Positions 1 to 12,272 of a stretch of DNA of 64,000 nucleotides are shown piece after piece. Source of the stretch: the human T2T-CHM13v2.0 reference genome, Homo sapiens; the NCBI RefSeq assembly GCF_009914755.1, contig NC_060925.1; one strand, given 5' to 3'. Every line of letters starts with the position of its first letter. The first letter of the stretch is position 1. Below the pieces are notes generated by a model. That model had not been told where the DNA came from. It saw nothing but the letters and a program-made list of their open reading frames with translations, and did no database searches. The position numbers and the translations under genes are program-made.

Positions 1-2085
1 GAATGGTATCAACATCAAACGGAAAAAAACGGAATTATCGAATGGAATCGAAGAGAATCTTCGAACGGACCCGAATGGAATCATCTAATGGAATGGAATG
101 GAATAATCCATGGACTCGAATGCAATCATCATCGAATGGAATCGAATGGAATCATTGAATGGACTCGAATGGAATAATCATTGAACGGAATCGAATGGAA
201 TCATCATCGGATGGAAATGAATGGAATCATCATCGAATGGAATCGAATAGAATTATGGAATGAAATCCAGTGTGATCATCATCGAATGGACCCGAATGGA
301 ATCATCATCCAACGGAAGCTAATGGAATCAACATCGAATGAATCGAAAGGAAACACCATCGAATTGAAACGAATGGAATTATCATGAAATTGAAATGGAT
401 GGACTCATCATCGAATGGATTCGAATGGAATCATCGAATAAAATTGATTGAAATCATCATCGAATGGAATCGAATGGTATCATTGAATGGAATCGAATGG
501 AATCATCATCAGATGGAAATGAATGGAATCGTCATAGAATGGAATCGAATGGATTCATTGAATGGAATCAGATGGAATCATCGAATGGACTCGAATGGAA
601 TAATCATTGAACGGAATCGAATGGAATCATCATCGGATGGAAACGAATGGAATCATCATCGAATGGAAATGAAAGGAGTCATCATCTAATGGAATTTCAT
701 GGAATCATCATCAAATGGAATCGAATGGAATCAACATCAAATGGAATCAAATGGAATCATTGAACGGAATTGAATGGAATCGTCATCGAATGAATTGAAT
801 GCAATCATCGAATGGTCTCGAATGGAATCATCTTCAAATGGAATGGAATGGAATCATCGCATAGAATCGAATGGAATTATCATCGAATGGAATCGAATGT
901 TATCAACATCAAACGGAAAATAACGGAATTATCGAATGGAATCGAAGAGAATCATCGAACGGACCCGAATGGAATCATCTAATGGAATGGAATGGAATAA
1001 TCCACGGACTCGAATGCAATCATCGTCGAATGGAATCGAATAGAATCATCGAATGGACTCGAATGGAATAATCATTGAACGGAATCGAATGGAATCATCA
1101 TCGGATGGAAACGAATGGAATCATCATCGAATGGAATCGAATAGAATTATGGAATGAAATCCAGTGTGATCATCATCGAATGGACCCGAATGGAATCATC
1201 ATCCAACGGAAGCTAATGGAATCAACATCGAATGAATCAAATGGAAACACCATCGAATTGAAACGAATGGAATTACCATGAAATTGAAATGGATGGACTC
1301 ATCATCAAATGGATTCGAATGGAATCATCGAATAAAATTGATTGAAATCATCATCGAATGGAATCGAATGGTATCATTGAATGGAATCGAATGGAATCAT
1401 CATCAGATGGAAATGAATGGAATCGTCATAGAATGGAATCGAATGGATTCATTGAATGGAATCAGATGGAATCATTGAATGGACTGGAATGGAATCATTG
1501 AATGGACTCGAAAGGGATCATTATTGAATGGAATTGAATGGAATCATCGAATGGTCTCGATTGGAATCATTATCAAATGGAATCGAATGGAATCACCGAA
1601 TAGAATCGAATGGAACAATCATCGAATGGACTCAAATGGAATTATCCTCCAATGGAATGGAATGGAATTATCGAATGCAATCGAATGGAATTATCGAATG
1701 CAATCGAATAGAATCATCGAATGGACTCGAATGGAATCATCGAATGGAATGGAATGGAATGGAACAGTCAATGAACTCGAATGGAATCATCATTGAATGG
1801 AATCGAATGGAATCATCGAGTGGAATCGAATGGAATTATGATCAAATGGAATCGAATGTAATCATCATCAAATGGAATCAAAAATAACCATCATCAATTG
1901 GTATTGAATGGAATTGTCATCAAATGGAATTCAAAGGAATCATCATCAAATGGAACCGAATGGAATCCTCATTGAATGGAAATGAAAGGGGTCATCATCT
2001 AATGGAATCGCATGGAATCATCATCAAATGGAATCGAATGGAATCATCATCAAATGGAATCCAATGGAATCATTGAAAGAATTGA

Positions 2086-2553
2086 ATGGAATGGTCATCG
2101 AATGAATTGAATGCAATCATCGAATGGTCTCGAATGGAATCATCTTCTAATGGAAAGGAATGGAATCATCGCATAGAATCGAATGGAATTATCATCGAAT
2201 GGAATCGAATGGTATCAACACCAAACGGAAAAAAACGGAATTATCGAATGGAATCGAAGAGAATCTTCGAACGGACCCGAATGGAATCATCTAATGGAAT
2301 GGAATGGAATAATCCATGGACTCGAATGCAATCATCATCGAATGGAATCGAATGGAATCATCGAATGGACTCGAATGGAATAATCATTGAACGGAATCGA
2401 ATGGAATCATCATCGGATGGAAACGAATGGAATCATCATCGAATGGAAATGAAAGGAGTCATCATCTAATGGAATTGCATGGAATCATCATCAAATGGAA
2501 TCGAATGGAATCAACATCAAATGGAATCAAATGGAATCATTGAACGGAATTGA
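2086..2553 (+). repeat. Module A (468 bp), example copy
   Basis: Landmark spacing 2086->2554 (also 5170->5638, 9762->10230); ends in GAAATGAAAGGAGTCATCATCTAATGGAATTGCATGG. Confidence 0.9.
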
Positions 2554-3861
2554 ATGGAATCGTCATCGAATGAATTGAATGCAATCATCGAATGGTCTCG
2601 AAAGGAATCATCTTCAAATGGAATGGAATGGAATCATCGCATAGAATCGAATGGAATTATCATCGAATGGAATCGAATGGAATCAACATCAAACGGAAAA
2701 AAACGGAATTATCGAATGGAATCGAAGAGAATCATCGAATGGACCCGAATGGAATCATCTAATGGAATGGAATGGAATAATCCATGGACTCGAATGCAAT
2801 CATCATCGAATGGAATCGAATGGAATCATCGAATGGACTCGAATGGAATAATCATGGAACGGAATCGAATGGAATCATCATCGGATGGAAATGAATGGAA
2901 TCATCATCGAATGGAATCGAATAGAATTATGGAATGAAATCCAGTGTGATCATCATCGAATGGACCCGAATGGAATCATCATCCAACGGAAGCTAATGGA
3001 ATCAACATCGAATGAATCAAATGGAAACACCATCGAATTGAAACGAATGGATTTACCATGAAATTGAAATGGATGGACTCATCATCAAATGGATTCGAGT
3101 GGAATCATCGAATAAAATTGATTGAAATCATCATCGAATGTTATCGAATGGTATCATTGAATGGAATCGAATGGAATCATCATCAGATGGAAATGAAAGG
3201 AATCGTCATAGAATGGAATCGAATGGATTCATTGAATGGAATCAGATGGAATCTTCGAATGGACTGGAATGGAATCATTGAATGGACTCGAAAGGGATCA
3301 TTATTGAATGGAATTGAATGGAATCATCGAATGATCTCGATTGGAATCATTATCAAATGGAATCGAATGGAATCACCGAATAGAATCGAATGGAACAATC
3401 ATCAAATGGACTCAAATGGAATTATCCTCAAATGGAATTGAATGGAATTATCGAATGCAATCGAATGGAATTATCGAATGCAATCGAATAGAATCATCGA
3501 ATGGACTCGAATGGAATCATCGAATGGAATGGAATGGAACAGTCAATGAACTCGAATGGAATCATCATTGAATGGAATCGAATGGAATCTTCGAGTGGAA
3601 TCGAATGTAATCATCATCAAATGGAATCAAAAATAACCATCATCAAATGGAATCAAAAATAACCATCATCAATTGGTGTTGAATGGAATTCTCATCAAAT
3701 GGAATTCAAAGAAATCATCATCAAATGGAACCGAATGGAATCCTCATTGAATGGAAATGAAAGGGGTCATCATCTAATGGAATCGCATGGAATCATCATA
3801 AAATGGAATCGAATGGAATCAACATCAAATGGAATCAAATGGAATCATTGAACGGAATTGA

Positions 3862-5169
3862 ATGGAATCGTCATCGAAAGAATTGAATGCAATCATCGAA
3901 TGGTCTCGAATGGAATCATCTTCAAATGGAATGGAATGGAATCATCGCATAGAATCGAAAGGAATTATCATCGAATGGAATCGAATGGAATCAACACCAA
4001 ACGGAAAAAAACGGAATTATCGAATGGAATCGAAGAGAATCATCGAATGGACCCGAATGGAATCATCTAATGGAATGGAATGGAATAATCCATGGACTCG
4101 AATGCAATCATCATCGAATGCAATCGAATGGAATCATCGAATGGACTCGAATGGAATAATCATTGAACGGAATCGAATGGAATCATCATCGGATGGAAAC
4201 GAATGGAATCATCATCGAATGGAATCGAATAGAATTATGGATTGAAATCCAGTGTGATCATCATCGAATGGACCCGAATGGAATCATCATCCAACGGAAG
4301 CTAATGGAATCAACATCGAATGAATCGAAAGGAAACACCATCGAATTGAAACGAATGGAATTACCATGAAATTGAAATGGATGGACTCATCATCAAATGG
4401 ATTCGTATGGAATCATCGAATAAAATTGATTGAAATCATCATCGAATGGAATCGAATGGTATCATTGAATGGAATCGAATGGAATCATCATCAGATGGAA
4501 ATGAATGGAATCGTCATAGAATGGGATCGAATGGATTCATTGAATGGAATCAGATGGAATCATTGAATGGACTGGAATGGAATCATTGAATGGACTCGAA
4601 AGGGATCATTATTGAATGGAATTGAATGGAATCATCGAATGGTCTCGATAGGAATCATTATCAAATGGAATCGAATGGAATCACCGAATAGAATCGAATG
4701 GAACAATCATCGAATGGACTCAAATGGAATTATCCTCTAATGGAATCGAATGGAATTATCGAATGTAATCGAATGGAATTCTCGAATGCAATCGAATAGA
4801 ATCATCGAATGGACTCGAATGGAATCATCGAATGGAATGGAATGGAACAGTCAATGAACTCGAATGGAATCATCATTGAATGGAATCGAATGGAATCATC
4901 GAGTGGAATCGAAAGGAATTATGACCAAATGGAATCGAATGTAATCATCATCAAATGGAATCAAAAATAACCATCATCAATTGGTATTGAATGGAATTGT
5001 CATCAAATGGAATTCAAAGGAATCATCATCAAATGGAACCGAATGGAATCCTCATTGAATGGAAATGAAAGGGGTCATCATCTAATGGAATCGCATGGAA
5101 TCATCATCAAATGGAATCGAATGGAATCATCATCAAATGGAATCTAATGGAAACATTGAAAAGAATTGA
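3862..5169 (+). repeat. Module B (1308 bp), example copy
   Basis: Landmark spacing 3862->5170 (also 2554->3862, 8454->9762); carries the tags CCAGTGTGATC, AAGCTAATGG, AACAGTCAATG, CAAAAATAACC, GAAAGGGGTC. Confidence 0.9.
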
Positions 5170-6944
5170 ATGGAATCGTCATCGAATGAATTGAATGCAA
5201 TCATCGAATGGTCTCGAATGGAATCATCTTCTAATGAAAAGGAATGGAATCATCGCATAGAATCGAATGGAATTATCATCGAATGGAATCGAATGGTATC
5301 AACACCAAACGGAAAAAAACGGAATTATCGAATGGAATCGAAGAGAATCTTCGAACGGACCCGAATGGAATCATCTAATGGAATGGAATGGAATAATCCA
5401 TGGACTCGAATGCAATCATCATCGAATGGAATCGAATGGAATCATCGAATGGACTCGAATGGAATAATCATTGAACGGAATCGAATGGAATCATCATCGG
5501 ATGGAAACGAATGGAATCATCATCGAATGGAAATGAAAGGAGTCATCATCTAATGGAATTGCATGGAATCATCATCAAATGGAATCGAATGGAATCAACA
5601 TCAAATGGAATCAAATGGAATCATTGAACGGAATTGAATGGAATCGTCATCGAATGAATTGAATGCAATCATCGAATGGTCTCGAATGGAATCATCTTCA
5701 AATGGAATGGAATGGAATCATCGCATAGAATCGAATGGAATTATCATCGAATGGAATCGAATGGAATCAACATCAAACGGAAAAAAACGGAATTATCGAA
5801 TGGAATCGAAGAGAATCATCGAATGGACCCGAATGGAATCATCTAATGGAATGGAATGGAATAATCCATGGACTCGAATGCAATCATCATCGAATGGAAT
5901 CGAATGGAATCATCGAATGGACTCGAATGGAATAATCATTGAACGGAATCGAATGGAATCATCATCGGATGGAAATGAATGGAATCATCATCGAATGGAA
6001 TCGAATAGAATTATGGAATGAAATCCAGTGTGATCATCATCGAATGGACCCGAATGGAATCATCATCCAACGTAAGCTAATGGAATCAACATCGAATGAA
6101 TCGAATGGAAACACCATCGAATTGAAACGAATGGAATTACCATGAAATTGAAATGGATGGACTCATCATCGAATGGATTCGAATGGAATCATCGAATAAA
6201 ATTGATTGAAATCATCATCGAATGGTATCGAATGGTATCATTGAATGGAATCGAATGGAATCATCCTCAGATGGAAATGAATGGAATCGTCATAGAATGG
6301 AATCGAATGGATTCATTGAATGGAATCAGATGGAATCATCGAATGGACTGGAATGGAATCATTGAATGGACTCGAAAGGGATCATTATTGAATGGAATTG
6401 AATGGAATCATCGAATGGTCCCGATGGAATCATTATCAAATGGAATCGAATGGAATCACCGAATAGAATCGAATGGAACAATCATCGAATGGACTCAAAT
6501 GGAATTATCCTCACATGGAATCGAATGGAATTATCGAATGCAATCGAATGGAATTATCGAATGCAATCGAATAGAATCATCGAATGGACTCGAATGGAAT
6601 CATCGAATGGAATGGAATGGAACAGTCAATGAACTCGAATGGAATCATCATTGAATGGAATCGAATGGAATCATCGAGTGGAATCGAATGGAATTATGAT
6701 CAAATGGAATCGAATTTAATCATCATCAAATGGAATCAAAAATAACCATCATCAATTGGTATTGAATGGAATTCTCATCAAATGGAATTCAAAGGAATCA
6801 TCATCAAATGGAACTGAATGGAATCCTCATTGAATGGAAATGAAAGGGGTCATCATCTAATGGAATCGCATGGAATCATCATCAAATGGAATCGAATGGA
6901 ATCATCATCAAATGGAATCTGATGGAATCATTGAACAGAATTGA

Positions 6945-7559
6945 ATGGAATCGTCATCGAATGAATTGAATTCAATCATCGAATGGTCTCGAATGTAATC
7001 ACATTCTAATGGAAAGGAATGGAATCATCGCATAGAATCGAATGGAATTAACATTGAATGGACTCGAATGGAATCAACATCAAACGGAATCAAGCGGAAT
7101 TATCGAATGGAATCGAAGAGAATCATCGAATGGTCTCGAATGGAATCATCTTCTAATGGAAAGGAATGGAATCATCTCATAGAATCGAATGGAATTAACA
7201 TTGAATGGACTCGAATGGAATCAACATCAAATGCAATCAAGCGGAATTGTCGAATGAAATCGAAGAGAATCATCGAATGGACTCGAATGGAATCATCTAA
7301 TGGAATGGAATGGAATAATCCACGGACTCGAATGCAATCATCATCGTATAGAATCGAATGGAATGATCGAAAGGACTCGAATGGAATAACCATTGAACGG
7401 AATCGAATGGAATCATCATCGGATGGAAACGAATGGAATCATCATCGAATGGAAATGAAAGGAGTCATCATCTAATGGAATTGCATGGAATCATCATCAA
7501 ATGGAATCGAATGGAATCATCATCAAATGGAATCAAATGGAATCATTGAACGGAATTGA
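6945..7559 (+). repeat. Module D (615 bp): diverged A-type module containing a 147-bp tandem duplication
   Basis: Spacing 6945->7560 = 468+147; duplicated block 6974-7120 / 7121-7267 (TTAACATTG at 7048 and 7195). Confidence 0.9.
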
Positions 7560-8453
7560 ATGGAATTGTCATCGAATGAATTGACTGCAATCATCCAATG
7601 GTCTCGAATGGAATCATCTTCAAATGGAATGGAATGGAATCATCGCATAGAATCGAATGGAATTATCATCGAATGGAATCGAATGGTATCAACATCAAAC
7701 GGAAAAAAACGGAATTATCGAATGGAATCGAAGAGAATCTTCGAACGGACCCGAATGGAATCATCTAATGGAATGGAATGGAATAATCCATGGACTCGAA
7801 TGCAATCATCATCGAATGGAATCGAATGGAATCATTGAATGGACTCGAATGGAATAATCATTGAACGGAATCGAATGGAATCATCATCGGATGGAAATGA
7901 ATGGAATCATCATCGAATGGAATCGAATAGAATTATGGAATGAAATCCAGTGTGATCATCATCGAATGGACCCGAATGGAATCATCATCCAACGGAAGCT
8001 AATGGAATCAACATCGAATGAATCGAAAGGAAACACCATCGAATTGAAACGAATGGAATTATCATGAAATTGAAATGGATGGACTCATCATCGAATGGAT
8101 TCGAATGGAATCATCGAATAAAATTGATTGAAATCATCATCGAATGGAATCGAATGGTATCATTGAATGGAATCGAATGGAATCATCATCAGATGGAAAT
8201 GAATGGAATCGTCATAGAATGGAATCGAATGGATTCATTGAATGGAATCAGATGGAATCATCGAATGGACTCGAATGGAATAATCATTGAACGGAATCGA
8301 ATGGAATCATCATCGGATGGAAACGAATGGAATCATCATCGAATGGAAATGAAAGGAGTCATCATCTAATGGAATTTCATGGAATCATCATCAAATGGAA
8401 TCGAATGGAATCAACATCAAATGGAATCAAATGGAATCATTGAACGGAATTGA
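7560..8453 (+). repeat. Module C (894 bp): B-type front fused to A-type tail
   Basis: Spacing 7560->8454. B tags (CCAGTGTG, AATCAGATGG) are followed directly by the A tail (GGAAACGAATGG...GAAAGGAGTC). Confidence 0.88.
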
Positions 8454-11400
8454 ATGGAATCGTCATCGAATGAATTGAATGCAATCATCGAATGGTCTCG
8501 AATGGAATCATCTTCAAATGGAATGGAATGGAATCATCGCATAGAATCGAATGGAATTATCATCGAATGGAATCGAATGTTATCAACATCAAACGGAAAA
8601 TAACGGAATTATCGAATGGAATCGAAGAGAATCATCGAACGGACCCGAATGGAATCATCTAATGGAATGGAATGGAATAATCCACGGACTCGAATGCAAT
8701 CATCGTCGAATGGAATCGAATAGAATCATCGAATGGACTCGAATGGAATAATCATTGAACGGAATCGAATGGAATCATCATCGGATGGAAACGAATGGAA
8801 TCATCATCGAATGGAATCGAATAGAATTATGGAATGAAATCCAGTGTGATCATCATCGAATGGACCCGAATGGAATCATCATCCAACGGAAGCTAATGGA
8901 ATCAACATCGAATGAATCAAATGGAAACACCATCGAATTGAAACGAATGGAATTACCATGAAATTGAAATGGATGGACTCATCATCAAATGGATTCGAAT
9001 GGAATCATCGAATAAAATTGATTGAAATCATCATCGAATGGAATCGAATGGTATCATTGAATGGAATCGAATGGAATCATCATCAGATGGAAATGAATGG
9101 AATCGTCATAGAATGGAATCGAATGGATTCATTGAATGGAATCAGATGGAATCATTGAATGGACTGGAATGGAATCATTGAATGGACTCGAAAGGGATCA
9201 TTATTGAATGGAATTGAATGGAATCATCGAATGGTCTCGATTGGAATCATTATCAAATGGAATCGAATGGAATCACCGAATAGAATCGAATGGAACAATC
9301 ATCGAATGGACTCAAATGGAATTATCCTCCAATGGAATGGAATGGAATTATCGAATGCAATCGAATGGAATTATCGAATGCAATCGAATAGAATCATCGA
9401 ATGGACTCGAATGGAATCATCGAATGGAATGGAATGGAACAGTCAATGAACTCGAATGGAATCATCATTGAATGGAATCGAATGGAATCATCGAGTGGAA
9501 TCGAATGGAATTATGATCAAATGGAATCGAATGTAATCATCATCAAATGGAATCAAAAATAACCATCATCAATTGGTATTGAATGGAATTGTCATCAAAT
9601 GGAATTCAAAGGAATCATCATCAAATGGAACCGAATGGAATCCTCATTGAATGGAAATGAAAGGGGTCATCATCTAATGGAATCGCATGGAATCATCATC
9701 AAATGGAATCGAATGGAATCATCATCAAATGGAATCTAATGGAATCATTGAAAAGAATTGAATGGAATCGTCATCGAATGAATTGAATGCAATCATCGAA
9801 TGGTCTCGAATGGAATCATCTTCTAATGGAAAGGAATGGAATCATCGCATAGAATCGAATGGAATTATCATCGAATGGAATCGAATGGTATCAACACCAA
9901 ACGGAAAAAAACGGAATTATCAAATGGAATCGAAGAGAATCTTCGAACGGACCCGAATGGAATCATCTAATGGAATGGAATGGAATAATCCATGGACTCG
10001 AATGCAATCATCATCGAATGGAATCGAATGGAATCATCGAATGGACTCGAATGGAATAATCATTGAACGGAATCGAATGGAATCATCATCGGATGGAAAC
10101 GAATGGAATCATCATCGAATGGAAATGAAAGGAGTCATCATCTAATGGAATTGCATGGAATCATCATCAAAGGGAATCGAATGGAATCAACATCAAATGG
10201 AATCAAATGGAATCATTGAACGGAATTGAATGGAATCGTCATCGAATGAATTGAATGCAATCATCGAATGGTCTCGAATGGAATCATCTTCAAATAGAAT
10301 GGAATGGAATCATCGCATAGAATCGAATGGAATTATCATCGAATGGAATCGAATGGAATCAACATCAAACGGAAAAAAACGGAATTATCGAATGGAATCG
10401 AAGAGAATCATCGAATGGACCCGAATGGAATCATCTAATGGAATGGAATGGAATAATCCATGGACTCGAATGCAATCATCATCGAATGGAATCGAATGGA
10501 ATCATCGAATGGACTCGAATGGAATAATCATTGAACGGAATCGAATGGAATCATCATCGGATGGAAATGAATGGAATCATCATCGAATGGAATCGAATAG
10601 AATTATGGAATGAAATCCAGTGTGATCATCATCGAATGGACCCGAATGGAATCATCATCCAACGTAAGCTAATGGAATCAACATCGAATGAATCGAATGG
10701 AAACACCATCGAATTGAAACGAATGGAATTACCATGAAATTGAAATGGATGGACTCATCATCGAATGGATTCGAATGGAATCATCGAATAAAATTGATTG
10801 AAATCATCATCGAATTGTATCGAATGGTATCATTGAATGGAATCGAATGGAATCATCCTCAGATGGAAATGAATGGAATCGTCATAGAATGGAATCGAAT
10901 GGATTCATTGAATGGAATCAGATGGAATCATCGAATGGACTGGAATGGAATCATTGAATGGACTCGAAAGGGATCATTATTGAATGGAATTGAATGGAAT
11001 CATCGAATGGTCCCGATGGAATCATTATCAAATGGAATCGAATGGAATCACCGAATAGAATCGAATGGAACAATCATCGAATGGACTCAAATGGAATTAT
11101 CCTCACATGGAATCGAATGGAATTATCGAATGCAATCGAATGGAATTATCGAATGCAATCGAATAGAATCATCGAATGGACTCGAATGGAATCATCGAAT
11201 GGAATGGAATGGAACAGTCAATGAACTCGAATGGAATCATCATTGAATGGAATCGAATGGAATCATCGAGTGGAATCGAATGGAATTATGATCAAATGGA
11301 ATCGAATTTAATCATCATCAAATGGAATCAAAAATAACCATCATCAATTGGTATTGAATGGAATTCTCATCAAATGGAATTCAAAGGAATCATCATCAAA

Positions 11401-12272
11401 TGGAACTGAATGGAATCCTCATTGAATGGAAATGAAAGGGGTCATCATCTAATGGAATCGCATGGAATCATCATCAAATGGAATCGAATGGAATCATCAT
11501 CAAATGGAATCTGATGGAATCATTGAACAGAATTGAATGGAATCGTCATCGAATGAATTGAATTCAATCATCGAATGGTCTCGAATGTAATCACATTCTA
11601 ATGGAAAGGAATGGAATCATCGCATAGAATCGAATGGAATTAACATTGAATGGACTCGAATGGAATCAACATCAAACGGAATCAAGCGGAATTATCGAAT
11701 GGAATCGAAGAGAATCATCGAATGGTCTCGAATGGAATCATCTTCTAATGGAAAGGAATGGAATCATCTCATAGAATCGAATGGAATTAACATTGAATGG
11801 ACTCGAATGGAATCAACATCAAATGCAATCAAGCGGAATTGTCGAATGAAATCGAAGAGAATCATCGAATGGACTCGAATGGAATCATCTAATGGAATGG
11901 AATGGAATAATCCACGGACTCGAATGCAATCATCATCGTATAGAATCGAATGGAATGATCGAAAGGACTCGAATGGAATAACCATTGAACGGAATCGAAT
12001 GGAATCATCATCGGATGGAAACGAATGGAATCATCATCGAATGGAAATGAAAGGAGTCATCATCTAATGGAATTGCATGGAATCATCATCAAATGGAATC
12101 GAATGGAATCATCATCAAATGGAATCAAATGGAATCATTGAACGGAATTGAATGGAATTGTCATCGAATGAATTGACTGCAATCATCCAATGGTCTCGAA
12201 TGGAATCATCTTCAAATGGAATGGAATGGAATCATCGCATAGAATCGAATGGAATTATCATCGAATGGAATC
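7681..12272 (+). repeat. Higher-order unit S, copy 1 (4592 bp)
   Basis: Marker ORF spacing 7861->12453 = 4592 = 894+1308+468+1307+615. S-specific alleles CAAATAGAATGG, GAATTGTATCG, AAAGGGAATCG. Confidence 0.95.

Larger units (their letters stand above)
1..7680 (+). repeat. Higher-order unit L, copy 1 (7680 bp; phase set arbitrarily by window start)
   Basis: GAATGGTATCAACATCAAACGG at 1 recurs at 7681. Module landmarks at 774, 2086, 2554, 3862, 5170, 5638, 6945, 7560 give 894+1312+468+1308+1308+468+1307+615=7680. Confidence 0.95.

Noticed and set aside
52-66. GAATCTTC as a heat-shock element (nGAAnnTTCn)
   Set aside because: Only two inverted units and no third in register. HSF1 stress bodies are mainly associated with HSat3.
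6142-6654. Longest ORF (170 aa), repeated in every complete unit
   Set aside because: Created by a 1-bp deletion (GGTCCCGATGG versus GGTCTCGATTGG) joining two repeat frames. Its conservation simply reflects unit identity.
7172-7393. Only minus-strand ORF (73 aa), once per unit
   Set aside because: CATTC-strand translation (IPFDS/FHSI) of module D where substitutions removed stops; no coding evidence.
1-7740. 7680 = 128 x 60, so printed lines repeat in register; possible synthetic duplication
   Set aside because: A formatting coincidence: the length decomposes into natural modules and the copies carry private variants.
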